Positions 53,162 to 62,769 of a DNA stretch of 64,000 nucleotides are shown one piece after another. Position 1 is the first letter of the stretch; the number at the start of each line of letters is the position of its first letter. The notes below the pieces were generated by a model. That model saw only the letters and a program-made list of their open reading frames with translations, made no database searches and was not told where the DNA came from. The stretch spans positions 103,725 to 167,724 of the forward strand of contig CAJULB010000003.1 in the NCBI GenBank assembly GCA_910587005.1. The letters are read 5' to 3'. Made by a program: the position numbers and the translations under genes. The stretch is from an uncultured Christensenellaceae bacterium (GTDB lineage Bacteria; Bacillota; Clostridia; Christensenellales; Borkfalkiaceae).

Positions 53162-55559
53162 TAAATTTATCGGGGTAACGGAAAGGTCAAACACCTTTAC
53201 CGTTGAAAAAAAATTTAATATAAAAAGCACGGAAAAAGCCGCGCTGAAAATTACGGCTTTGGGGCTTTACTTTGCGGAAATAAACGGCGTAAGGGTAGGG
53301 GATTGTTATTTAACCCCCGGCTGGACCTCGTATAATAAAACCTTGCAGGTGCAGGAATACGACGTGACCGCGCTTTTAAAAGAGGGCGAAAACGTAATTG
53401 CCGTAACCGTAAACGAAGGCTGGTACTGCGGTCCGTTAACGTGGTTAAAAAAGCGCAATAATTACGGAGAGCAGTCCGCCGTTTGCGCGGAGCTTAAATG
53501 CGGTAATTCAACTATATGTACGGACGAAAGCTGGACTGCAAGGGAAAGCGTAATCCGCGAAAGCGGTATTTACGACGGCGAAACGGCGGATTTTACCGCG
53601 CCGTTAAAAGCTTTAAACGTGTGCGAAGTGCCTTTTGACAAGTCTGTAATAGTTCCGCAGATTTGCGGGTGCGTTAAAAATACCGAACGGCTCAAAGTTA
53701 AGGAAATTATAACTACCCCGAGCGGAGATAAGGTTTACGATTTCGGGCAGAATATAGCGGGCGTGGCTGAAATAGTAACTCCCGCGGATTTCAGCGGAAC
53801 TTTAACCTTGAAGTTTGCCGAAATACTTATTAAAGGCGAGTTTTACACAGATAATCTGCGCGGCGCAAAGGTGACGGATAAGTTCACCGTTAAGGGCGCA
53901 AAAGTGCTCTGCCCCGAATTTACTTTCCACGGCTTTCGCTATTTAAAGGTAATAGGCGGGGAAATACCCGAAGAAAATATAACTGCAATAGTGCGCCATA
54001 CGGATATGAAACGCACGGGCGCGCTCGTCACTTCGAACGCGCGGTTCAATCGCCTTACTTCAAATATAGTATGGGGGCAACGCGGTAATTTTGTGGATAT
54101 TCCCACCGACTGCCCGCAAAGGGACGAGCGTCTCGGCTGGACGGGGGATATAAACGCTTTCTGCAACACCGCGGCTTTCAACTACGATATAAGCGCGTTT
54201 ATGAAAAAGTGGCTCAACGATTTGCGCAACGACCAAATGGACAACGGAAAAATAACGCACGTTGCGCCCGACGTACTGCGCGGCGAAAACGACAGCTCCA
54301 CGTCGGCAATGTGGTGCGACGCAATAACTATGGTTCCGTGGAATTTATATCAGACTTACGGCGACGCAAGCTTTTTAAAAGATAATTTTACGGCAATGAA
54401 AAAGTTTGTTTCCGCTCGTGAAGAAAATATGACGGACGGGATAATAAACAAAGGCTTTGAATGGGGCGACTGGCTCGCTTTGGACCAGGAGAAAACAAGC
54501 TATGAAACGCTCATAGGCAGAACGGATATTTATTTTATTTCAAACGCGTTTCATGTAAATTCGCTTAAAATCGTTGCGGAAACGGCAGGGCTTTTAGGTG
54601 AGAAAGCGGACGCAAAGCTTTATAAAGACAAATACGAAAAACATCTTAAAAGGGTCAGGGAAGAATATATAACCGCTGGCGGCAGACTTTGCTTCGATAC
54701 GGTAACGGCGCAGGTTTTGGCGTTGTATTTCGGTATTATTCCCGAACAGCACCGCGCAAAAGTTGCGGAGATGTTAAACGAAAACGTAAAGGTGCATAAT
54801 TACACCCTTTGCACGGGCTTTATCGGTACAACATATCTGCTTTACGCGCTTGCAGACAACGGATATTATGAAACGGCTTGCAAGGTTTTAATGAACAACG
54901 CTTACCCCGGCTGGCTGTACGAGGTGGATATGGGCGCTACAACCGTTTGGGAGCGCTGGAACAGCTTAATGCCGGACGGAACGCCCAACCCCGACGGAAT
55001 GAACAGCTACAACCACTATGCTTACGGCTCGGTAATGGAATTCGTAGTAAAGCGCATTGCTGGGTTGCAACCGAAATCGGCGGGATACAAAAAAATTAAA
55101 ATTATGCCCAAACCGTGCAAGGGGCTTGCGGAAATAAAAGCGGAATACGACAGCGCAAGCGGAAAAATAGTTTCCGGCTATAAGCAGAAAAACGGCAAAA
55201 TAACCTTCTTTGCGGAAATTCCCGCAGACGTTGAGGCGGAAATAGTTCTTCCCAATGAACAGCCTGTAACCGTCAAGGGCGGTAAGTACGAATTCGAGCG
55301 TGAGTGGGAAGAATTGAATGTGCCAGCATTCACGCCCGAAAATATGGTGAACGAGGTATTTGCAAACCCGAAAGCGCAAAAAGCTTTTAACAAGGTGTTC
55401 GGCGGAATTTTCAAGGTCAACGGCGAGCTTGACTGGATGCGCAGATTTGCAACGTTGCAGTTTATGGCTGAATTCCGCGAGGGCGAGGGGAAATTGAAGC
55501 TTTCCGACTTCCCCGCAATGCTTGAAAAAGCGAACGAGTTGTTTTTAAGGACAGAATAA
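53151..55559 (+). CDS. Glycoside hydrolase family 78 alpha-L-rhamnosidase
   Basis: GH78 hallmark 'DIPTDCPQRDERLGWTGD', 'TVWERWNS' and 'SYNHYAYGSV'. Confidence 0.9.
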   Translation: MLNSKFIGVTERSNTFTVEKKFNIKSTEKAALKITALGLYFAEINGVRVGDCYLTPGWTSYNKTLQVQEYDVTALLKEGENVIAVTVNEGWYCGPLTWLKKRNNYGEQSAVCAELKCGNSTICTDESWTARESVIRESGIYDGETADFTAPLKALNVCEVPFDKSVIVPQICGCVKNTERLKVKEIITTPSGDKVYDFGQNIAGVAEIVTPADFSGTLTLKFAEILIKGEFYTDNLRGAKVTDKFTVKGAKVLCPEFTFHGFRYLKVIGGEIPEENITAIVRHTDMKRTGALVTSNARFNRLTSNIVWGQRGNFVDIPTDCPQRDERLGWTGDINAFCNTAAFNYDISAFMKKWLNDLRNDQMDNGKITHVAPDVLRGENDSSTSAMWCDAITMVPWNLYQTYGDASFLKDNFTAMKKFVSAREENMTDGIINKGFEWGDWLALDQEKTSYETLIGRTDIYFISNAFHVNSLKIVAETAGLLGEKADAKLYKDKYEKHLKRVREEYITAGGRLCFDTVTAQVLALYFGIIPEQHRAKVAEMLNENVKVHNYTLCTGFIGTTYLLYALADNGYYETACKVLMNNAYPGWLYEVDMGATTVWERWNSLMPDGTPNPDGMNSYNHYAYGSVMEFVVKRIAGLQPKSAGYKKIKIMPKPCKGLAEIKAEYDSASGKIVSGYKQKNGKITFFAEIPADVEAEIVLPNEQPVTVKGGKYEFEREWEELNVPAFTPENMVNEVFANPKAQKAFNKVFGGIFKVNGELDWMRRFATLQFMAEFREGEGKLKLSDFPAMLEKANELFLRTE

Positions 55560-56930
55560 ATGAAAATGTATTTAGCGATAGACATAGGCGCGAGCTCGGG
55601 TCGGCATATTGTCGGTTGGCTTGAAAACGGCGTGCTTAAAACGGAAGAGATATACCGCTTTAAGAACGGCACGGAAACAAAGGGCGGTCATCTGATTTGG
55701 AACACGGAAAGGTTATTTGCGGAAGTTGTAAACGGCTTAAAACGCGCGAAAGAAATCGGAAAAATACCGTCGTATATAGGTATAGATACCTGGGCGGTTG
55801 ACTATGCTTTGTTGGATAAGCAGGATAAATTAATAGGCGAAGTTTTTGCATACCGAGACAGCCGTACAAACAAAGCCGCAGACGCAGTACACCGCATAAT
55901 ATCCTTTGACGAACTGTATAAACGCACGGGAATACAGTACCAGCCGTTCAATACAATTTATCAGCTTTATGCGGATAAGCTAAGCGGAAAGATAAATGAA
56001 GCGGAAAGCTTGTTAATGCTTCCCGATTACCTTAATTTTCTGTTAACGGGCGTTAAAAAGCAGGAATACACCAACGCAACCTCAACCGGCCTTGTAAACG
56101 CTCAAACAGGTAATTGGGACGGGAATATCATTGATTTACTCGGGTTAAATAAGAAATTATTCGGCGGGCTTTCGCAGGCGGGAACGGAAGTAGGCGAACT
56201 GAAAAAAGAAATACAAACCGCAATCGGTTATAATACAACGGTGGTACTGCCTGCCACGCACGACACAGCTTCGGCAGTTTTAGCCGCGCCCTTAGACGAA
56301 GAAAGTCCGTACATATCAAGCGGAACGTGGTCGCTTCTCGGTATAGAGCAATCGCATGCTCATACTGACGAAGACAGCCGTAAAGCCAACTACTCGAACG
56401 AGGGCAGTATTAACGGAGCCTTCCGCTATCAGAAGAATATAATGGGCTTGTGGATGATACAGAGCGTAAAGCGCGAGCTTGGCGGAAATATCACTTTTGC
56501 CAACCTTGCGGATATGGCGCGTTGCAAGGATAGTAAAATAACCGTTGACGTAAACGACCAAAGGTTTTTATCGCCTAAAAATATGACTGCGGAGATAAAA
56601 AAATCGATAACAAGCAATCTGGGCACGGCAAGCATAATGCGGGTAATCTACGACAGTTTGGTGTTAAGTTATGCAAACGCAATTAAAGAGCTTGAACGCA
56701 ACATCGGCAAAACGTATACAACGCTGAACATAATCGGCGGGGGAAGCAGGGATAACCTGTTGAACGAGCTTACGGCAAAGGCTACGGGCAAAAAGGTGAT
56801 AGCGGGGCCGGTCGAAGCAACGGCAATAGGCAATCTTATAATGCAGATGATAGGCGCGGGAGAGATAAGTGATTTACCGGAAGCGCGTAAAATAATAAAG
56901 AAAAGTTTTGAAATAAACGAGGTGCAATAA
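55560..56930 (+). CDS. rhaB: Rhamnulokinase (FGGY family)
   Basis: '[15 protein letters not shown]' and '[10 protein letters not shown]', in a rhaBAD gene context. Confidence 0.88.
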   Translation: MKMYLAIDIGASSGRHIVGWLENGVLKTEEIYRFKNGTETKGGHLIWNTERLFAEVVNGLKRAKEIGKIPSYIGIDTWAVDYALLDKQDKLIGEVFAYRDSRTNKAADAVHRIISFDELYKRTGIQYQPFNTIYQLYADKLSGKINEAESLLMLPDYLNFLLTGVKKQEYTNATSTGLVNAQTGNWDGNIIDLLGLNKKLFGGLSQAGTEVGELKKEIQTAIGYNTTVVLPATHDTASAVLAAPLDEESPYISSGTWSLLGIEQSHAHTDEDSRKANYSNEGSINGAFRYQKNIMGLWMIQSVKRELGGNITFANLADMARCKDSKITVDVNDQRFLSPKNMTAEIKKSITSNLGTASIMRVIYDSLVLSYANAIKELERNIGKTYTTLNIIGGGSRDNLLNELTAKATGKKVIAGPVEATAIGNLIMQMIGAGEISDLPEARKIIKKSFEINEVQ

Positions 56931-58156
56931 TGTACGATTATGCAAAGAAAGAATACGCAGTTTACGGCGTAGATACCGAAACTGCGCTTGAAAAACTCAA
57001 AGATATACCCGTGTCAATTCACTGCTGGCAGGGTGACGACGTAATAGGCTTGGACGGCGGCGGTGCGCTTAGCGGAGGTATTCAGACTACGGGCAACTAT
57101 AAAGGCAGAGCGAGAAACTTCGAAGAGCTTAAAGCGGATATAAAGAAAGCGTTTTCGTTAATGCCGGGGAAGAAGCGTTTGAATTTACACGCAAGCTATG
57201 CGGTGGGCGCAAATGTAGACCGTGACAAATACGAGCCGAAACACTTTGCCGAATGGGTAAGGTTTGCAAAGGAAATCGGGCTTGACGGAATAGACTTCAA
57301 CCCTACAATGTTCAGCCATAAGAACGTAAAGGACGGTTTGACTTTATCTTCGCCGGACGAAAAAATAAGAAAGTTTTGGGTAAACCACTGCATAGCGTGC
57401 TTGCATATAGCCGAGTATTTTGCAGACGAAATGAATAGCCCTTGCCTTGTAAATATCTGGATACCCGACGGATATAAGGACGTGCCGGCGGACAGACTTA
57501 CGCCGAGATTGCGATTGAAGAAATCGTTGGACGAAATACTTTCGGTTAAGTATGATAAAAAGAAAGTTATCGTTGCGGTGGAAAGCAAGGTGTTCGGCAT
57601 AGGCGTTGAAAGCTATACGGTAGGCAGTAACGAATTTTATCAGAACTATGCGGCGAAAAATAATATCTGCTGTCTTTTGGACAACGGACATTATCACCCG
57701 CTGGAATACGTTTCCGATAAAATCCCCGCGCTTTTGGCGTTCTACGATAAAGTAGCTCTGCACGTGACGCGCGGAGTTCGTTGGGACAGCGACCACGTAG
57801 TATTGTTCGAGGACGAACTCAAAGAGATAGCAAAGGAAATCGTAAGAAACGACGCAACGGATAAAGTGCTTATAGGTTTGGATTATTTTGACGCTTCTAT
57901 CAACCGTCTTTCCGCATGGGTAACGGGACAGCGTGCTATGCAGAAAGCACTTTTATATGCGTTGCTTATTCCGCACAATACGCTTAAATCTTTCCAAGAT
58001 AAAGCGCAGTTTACCGAGCTTATGGTATTACAGGAAGAAGTAAAGGACTTACCATTCGGCGCAGTTTGGAAAGAATATTTAAAGAGAGAAAACTTAACGG
58101 AAGATTATCTTACCGAAATAAAGAGATACGAAAACGAGGAGTTATCGAAAAGATGA
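56930..58156 (+). CDS. rhaA: L-rhamnose isomerase
   Basis: Strong resemblance to E. coli RhaA motifs: 'IHCWQGDDV', '[15 protein letters not shown]', 'RLNLHA', 'IWIPDG', '[20 protein letters not shown]', 'RWDSDHVV' and 'DYFDASINR'. Confidence 0.92.
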   Translation: MYDYAKKEYAVYGVDTETALEKLKDIPVSIHCWQGDDVIGLDGGGALSGGIQTTGNYKGRARNFEELKADIKKAFSLMPGKKRLNLHASYAVGANVDRDKYEPKHFAEWVRFAKEIGLDGIDFNPTMFSHKNVKDGLTLSSPDEKIRKFWVNHCIACLHIAEYFADEMNSPCLVNIWIPDGYKDVPADRLTPRLRLKKSLDEILSVKYDKKKVIVAVESKVFGIGVESYTVGSNEFYQNYAAKNNICCLLDNGHYHPLEYVSDKIPALLAFYDKVALHVTRGVRWDSDHVVLFEDELKEIAKEIVRNDATDKVLIGLDYFDASINRLSAWVTGQRAMQKALLYALLIPHNTLKSFQDKAQFTELMVLQEEVKDLPFGAVWKEYLKRENLTEDYLTEIKRYENEELSKR

Positions 58157-58989
58157 AAAATATTTTGACAGCACCCTTCGTGCAGGAAATGTGCAAGACT
58201 ACGGCGAATATGTACAGACTCGGCTGGGATGAGAGAAACGGCGGAAATATCAGCTATCTTTTAGACGAAAGAGAAGTTGCCGAATATCTTGACTTAAATA
58301 AAGTAATCCGCACAATCCCGTTAATGGGTGTAAACGCGGCGGACTTCGACGTATCGCCTTTAATAGGTAAAATCTTTATAGTGACGGGCACGGGCAAGTA
58401 TTTCAAGAACGTGCAGGACGACCCCGAAAACAATTTGGGAATAGTAAGGATAGCGCAGGACGGCAAGGGCGTAGAGCTTTTATGGGGCTACAAAGACGGC
58501 GGCAGACCTACAAGCGAGTTTCCCGCACACTTAATGAGTCATATGGCAAGGCTTAAAGTTGACCCCGAAAACAGGGTTGTAATGCACTGCCACCCCACGC
58601 ATACGCTTGCAATGAACTTCGTGCACGAGCTGGACGAAAAGAAGTTCACGCACACCCTTTGGGAGATGTGTACGGAGTGTATAGTAGTATTTCCCGACGG
58701 TGTTGGAATACTCCCTTGGATGCTCTGCGGCACGGACGAAATAGGCAAAGCTACGGCAAAGAAGATGGAAGAGTTCCGCCTTGTAGTCTGGGCAATGCAC
58801 GGCATATACGGCGCAGGCAAGACTATGGACGAAACGTTTGGGCTTATTGAAACGGTGGAAAAGGCTGCGCAGATTTATATACTTACCGCACACCTGCCGA
58901 TAGTTAACACCATTAAGGACGAAGAAATGTTACAGCTTGTAAAGCTCTTCGGCGTAAATTATAGAAAGGATTTTTTGAATATAAAATAA
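58153..58989 (+). CDS. rhaD: Rhamnulose-1-phosphate aldolase
   Basis: '[14 protein letters not shown]' and '[10 protein letters not shown]' (class II aldolase). The ATG at 58153 overlaps the rhaA TGA (ATGA). The track start at 58066 lies inside rhaA. Confidence 0.9.
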   Translation: MKNILTAPFVQEMCKTTANMYRLGWDERNGGNISYLLDEREVAEYLDLNKVIRTIPLMGVNAADFDVSPLIGKIFIVTGTGKYFKNVQDDPENNLGIVRIAQDGKGVELLWGYKDGGRPTSEFPAHLMSHMARLKVDPENRVVMHCHPTHTLAMNFVHELDEKKFTHTLWEMCTECIVVFPDGVGILPWMLCGTDEIGKATAKKMEEFRLVVWAMHGIYGAGKTMDETFGLIETVEKAAQIYILTAHLPIVNTIKDEEMLQLVKLFGVNYRKDFLNIK

Positions 58990-59001
58990 GGGAGCAGAAA
59001 A

Positions 59002-60150
59002 ATGAGCAACAGAATAGTATTAAACGAAACAAGCTACCACGGCGCAGGCTGTATAAAGGAAATCGTCGGCGAGGTTGAAAGACGCGGACTTAAAAAAGCT
59101 TTTGTCTGCTCCGACCCCGACCTTGTAAAATTTAAGGTTACGGACAAAGTGCTTGATGTTTTAAAGGGCGCAAATTTTGCTTACGAGCTTTACAGTGAAA
59201 TAAAGCCCAACCCCACGATTGAAAATGTACAGTGTGGTGTTGCGGCTTATAAGAAGAGTAAGGCGGATTATATTATTGCAATCGGCGGCGGCTCTTCTAT
59301 GGATACCGCAAAGGCTATAGGCATTATCATAAATAATCCCGAGTTCGAGGACGTGCGCTCGCTCGAAGGCGTTGCGCCCACGAAGAAGCCGAGCGTTCCC
59401 ATTATAGCCGTTCCCACCACGGCTGGCACTGCTGCGGAAGTTACCATTAACTATGTAATTACCGATGCAGAGAAAAAGCGCAAGTTTGTCTGCGTTGACG
59501 TTCACGACATTCCCGTCGTTGCAATCGTTGACAGCGATATGATGAGTACAATGCCCAAGGGCTTGACAGCCGCAACGGGGATGGACGCGCTTACGCACGC
59601 GATAGAGGGTTACATTACCAAAGGCGCGTGGGAAATGACGGATATGTTCCACTTAAAGGCGATTGAGATAATCGCAAAGTCCTTGCGCGGCGCGGTGAAC
59701 GGCGAAAAGGCTGGCAGAGAGGGTATGGCGCTCGGTCAGTACATTGCGGGTATGGGCTTTTCCAACGTCGGGTTGGGAATAGTACACTCTATGGCTCACG
59801 CACTCGGCGCGGTTTACGATACGCCTCACGGCGTAGCAAATGCAATTTTACTTCCTACGGTTATGGCTTATAATGCAGAAGCGACGGGCGAAAAATACCG
59901 CGATATAGCAAAGGCAATGGGCGTTAAAAACGTTGATAAAATGACATTGACGGAAGCACGGAAAGCGGCTTGTGATGCCGTTGCAAAACTTTCCAGAGAC
60001 GTGGGTATTCCGCAGAACATTAAAGGTATAGTTAAAGAGGAAGATATAGATTTCCTCGCGCAATCCGCAATGGACGACGCCTGCCGTCCCGGCAACCCCA
60101 AAAATCCCGATAAGGAAGATATTGTAAACCTGTACAAATCTTTGTTATAA
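59002..60150 (+). CDS. fucO: Lactaldehyde reductase / 1,2-propanediol oxidoreductase (iron-containing alcohol dehydrogenase)
   Basis: Fe-ADH motifs 'GGGSSMDTAKA' and 'HSMAHALGAVYDTPHGVANA', in a rhamnose-catabolism gene context. Confidence 0.82.
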   Translation: MSNRIVLNETSYHGAGCIKEIVGEVERRGLKKAFVCSDPDLVKFKVTDKVLDVLKGANFAYELYSEIKPNPTIENVQCGVAAYKKSKADYIIAIGGGSSMDTAKAIGIIINNPEFEDVRSLEGVAPTKKPSVPIIAVPTTAGTAAEVTINYVITDAEKKRKFVCVDVHDIPVVAIVDSDMMSTMPKGLTAATGMDALTHAIEGYITKGAWEMTDMFHLKAIEIIAKSLRGAVNGEKAGREGMALGQYIAGMGFSNVGLGIVHSMAHALGAVYDTPHGVANAILLPTVMAYNAEATGEKYRDIAKAMGVKNVDKMTLTEARKAACDAVAKLSRDVGIPQNIKGIVKEEDIDFLAQSAMDDACRPGNPKNPDKEDIVNLYKSLL

Positions 60151-60223
60151 TAAATTAATTTAAAACCGTTGCAGTTTTAACAGTCAGTCAAATAGCGTTC
60201 CAGCGTAATAATGTATAATTACA

Positions 60224-60256
60224 AATCCCGCGCATGAAAGCGCGGGATTAATTTTT
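60224..60256 (+). terminator. Rho-independent terminator ending the glycan/rhamnose cluster
   Basis: Stem AATCCCGCG/CGCGGGATT followed by a T-run at 60252-60256. Confidence 0.7.
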
Positions 60257-60295
60257 GCATAAAAACTAAACCCCCGCGAAATTTTCGCGGGGGTT
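60257..60295 (-). terminator. Rho-independent terminator for the convergent minus-strand pair
   Basis: 13-bp stem AACCCCCGCGAAA/TTTCGCGGGGGTT (60269-60295). On the minus strand it is followed by TTTAGTTTTT. Confidence 0.65.
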
Positions 60296-60335
60296 CAATC
60301 TTGTTAATAGATTATAATTTACTATCTTGTATTTA

Positions 60336-61337
60336 TTACTTCGTCATAGCTTCTTGAACGGCAACCGCTACTGCAACCGTTGCGCCGACCATAGGGTTGT
60401 TGCCCATGCCGATAAGTCCCATCATTTCAACGTGCGCGGGAACGGAGGAAGAGCCTGCGAACTGCGCGTCGGAATGCATACGTCCCATCGTGTCGGTCAT
60501 ACCGTAGCTGGACGGGCCGGCTGCCATATTGTCGGGGTGCAACGTTCTGCCAGTGCCGCCGCCCGACGCAACCGAGAAGTATTTAACGCCGTTTTCAACG
60601 CACCATTTTTTATAGGTGCCTGCAACGGGGTGCTGGAAGCGGGTGGGGTTGGTGGAGTTACCCGTAATAGAAACGGAAACGTGCTCCAACTTCATAATTG
60701 CAACGCCTTCGGGCACGTTATCAGCGCCGTAGCACTTAACCTTTGCTCTTGCGCCTTCCGAGAAAGCAACGCTGTCAACAACCTTTACCGTTTCGGTGTA
60801 GGGGTCGAACTGCGTTCTGCAATAAGTGAAGCCGTTAATTCTCGAAATAATATAAGCCGCGTCCTTGCCCAAACCGTTAAGGATAACTCTCAAAGGCTTA
60901 GTGCGGACTTTGTTTGCGTTTTCAGCAATCTTAATAGCGCCCTCTGCCGCCGCGAACGATTCGTGACCCGCGAGGAAGCAGAAGCAGTCGGTTTCTTCCG
61001 ACAGCAGCATAGAGCCGAGGTTTCCGTGACCTTCGCCGACCTTTCTGTTTTCCGCAACCGAGCCGGGGATACAGAAGCTCTGCAAGCCTACGCCGATTTT
61101 AACGGCCGCGTCGCTTGCCTTTTTGCAGCCGCTCTTAATAGCGATAGCCGCGCCTACGGTGTAAGCCCAAACAGCGTTTTCAAAGCAGATAGGCTGTGTT
61201 CCGCGTACGATTTTATCAACGTCAATGCCCTTTTTAAGGGTGATATCTTTACATTCTTCAATAGATTTAATGCCGTATTCCTTCAAAACGGAGAGAATTT
61301 TCTTTTCTCTTCTTTCATAACTTTCAAAAAGCGCCAT
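60336..61337 (-). CDS. GGGtGRT-family protein (function unknown)
   Basis: Contains the family-defining 'SGGGTGRTLHPDNMAAGP' segment. 333 aa. Confidence 0.8.
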   Translation of the reverse strand: MALFESYERREKKILSVLKEYGIKSIEECKDITLKKGIDVDKIVRGTQPICFENAVWAYTVGAAIAIKSGCKKASDAAVKIGVGLQSFCIPGSVAENRKVGEGHGNLGSMLLSEETDCFCFLAGHESFAAAEGAIKIAENANKVRTKPLRVILNGLGKDAAYIISRINGFTYCRTQFDPYTETVKVVDSVAFSEGARAKVKCYGADNVPEGVAIMKLEHVSVSITGNSTNPTRFQHPVAGTYKKWCVENGVKYFSVASGGGTGRTLHPDNMAAGPSSYGMTDTMGRMHSDAQFAGSSSVPAHVEMMGLIGMGNNPMVGATVAVAVAVQEAMTK

Positions 61338-62065
61338 TAGTCTTTAACCTCCTTGTCCGTTCTGGGGTCAATATGCTTAACGGCGCCGCTCTCGAACGAG
61401 TATCTGCCGTAAGTGCCGATTGCTTTTTCGTATGCTTCGTTGGGTGAAAGACCTTTCTTAATAAAGTCGGTCATTTTGCCCAAAGCAACAAATTTGTAAC
61501 CGCAAATTTCATTGTTTTTGTCAAGCGCAAGCGCAATAACGTAGCCTTCTGCCATTTCAAGGTATCTTGCGCCCTTCAAAGCCGTGCCGTACATTGTGCC
61601 TACCTGCGAACGCAAGCCCTTGCCCAAGTCTTCAAGTCCCGCGCCGATGGGGAGTCCGTCCTCGGAGAACGCCGACTGTGTTCTGCCGTATACGATTTGC
61701 AGGAACAGTTCGCGCATAGCGGTGTTAATCGCGTCGCACACAAGGTCTGTGTTCAAAGCCTCTAAAATCGTTTTATGGGGCAGAATTTCCGCAGCCATAG
61801 CGGCGGAGTGGGTCATACCGGAACAACCTATGGTTTCAACCAAAGCTTCCTGAATTATACCGTCTTTGACGTTCAGCGTAAGCTTGCAGGCGCCCTGCTG
61901 AGGCGCGCACCAGCCGATTCCGTGCGTCAGACCTTTGATGTCCTTGATTTCCTTTGCCTGAATCCACTGCCCTTCTTCGGGAATGGGAGCGGGACCGTGT
62001 TCGAATCTTCCGGAAACGCCCTTGGCAACGCAAATCATATTTTCAATGTCTTTTGAATATTGCAT
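61337..62065 (-). CDS. NifU-N/IscU-like scaffold-domain protein, the usual partner of GGGtGRT genes
   Basis: 'GACKLTLNVKDGIIQEALVETIGCSGMTHSAAMAAEIL' resembles the IscU/NifU N-terminal Cys-containing core. The terminal nucleotide of its stop codon is shared with the GGGtGRT start codon (1-nt overlap). Confidence 0.65.
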   Translation of the reverse strand: MQYSKDIENMICVAKGVSGRFEHGPAPIPEEGQWIQAKEIKDIKGLTHGIGWCAPQQGACKLTLNVKDGIIQEALVETIGCSGMTHSAAMAAEILPHKTILEALNTDLVCDAINTAMRELFLQIVYGRTQSAFSEDGLPIGAGLEDLGKGLRSQVGTMYGTALKGARYLEMAEGYVIALALDKNNEICGYKFVALGKMTDFIKKGLSPNEAYEKAIGTYGRYSFESGAVKHIDPRTDKEVKD

Positions 62066-62274
62066 TACTATTCCTCCAAATTTTTAATAACCTTAACTAT
62101 TATAACACGCATATTTTATTTAAGCAATATTAATTAGATAAAAAAATAACAAAAAATTTATCATAAGCCGCGTGATTTTTTGTTTATCCGCGCCGAATTT
62201 GTTGTATAATTAAAGTGAACGGTAAAACACGTCAACGGCGGCGGTAAAAAACCGCGCTTATTTAAGGGGTGCCT

Positions 62275-62769
62275 ATGCTTTGTCAGCACTGCAAAAAAAA
62301 TACTGCTACGTATAACCGCGTAGACGATATAAACGGCGAAGTGTTTAAAACGCACCTTTGCCAAAGCTGTTATTTAAAGCTTTTCGGCGGGCTTAATTCT
62401 TTAAATTCGGTCGGCGATATAAACGCGCTTTTGTTCGGCTCGCCCTCAAAACGCCGCAAAACCTGCCCTGTGTGCGGCACTACTTACGCCGATTACGAAC
62501 AGACGGGGCTTTTGGGCTGCGCAAGCTGTTATGACGTTTTCAAGGAAGAGCTTCTTCCCGCAATCGACAGAATTCACGGCAAAACACAGCACGTGGGCAA
62601 GCGCGGAACCAACAACGACGACCACGGTCTGTACCGCAGGCTTAAAGCCTTGCAGGAACAGCTTGAAGTTGCGCTCCGCAACAAACAGTACGTTGAAGCG
62701 GGCAGGCTTAACAAGCGCATTGACGAGATTACAAAGACTTTATACGGAGGCGGAAATGGCAACGGATAA
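62275..62769 (+). CDS. mcsA: Protein arginine kinase activator McsA (UvrB/UvrC-motif zinc-ribbon protein)
   Basis: 'CQHCKK...CQSCY' and 'CPVCGTTYADYEQTGLLGCASCYDVF', followed by 'HGKTQHVGK'. The ATG at 62275 is preceded by AAGGGG. Confidence 0.8.
   Translation: MLCQHCKKNTATYNRVDDINGEVFKTHLCQSCYLKLFGGLNSLNSVGDINALLFGSPSKRRKTCPVCGTTYADYEQTGLLGCASCYDVFKEELLPAIDRIHGKTQHVGKRGTNNDDHGLYRRLKALQEQLEVALRNKQYVEAGRLNKRIDEITKTLYGGGNGNG

Noticed and set aside
60327-61340. 337-aa plus-strand ORF
   Set aside because: It is exactly antisense to the GGGtGRT gene, and its product is a low-complexity R/A/N/V-rich sequence with no motifs. The minus-strand ORF has clear family signatures, so this is a shadow ORF.
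62220-62237. CtsR operator upstream of mcsA
   Set aside because: The match is partial: GGTAAAA and CGTCAAC against RGTCAAA, with imperfect spacing. It is too weak to annotate as a site and is mentioned only as context.
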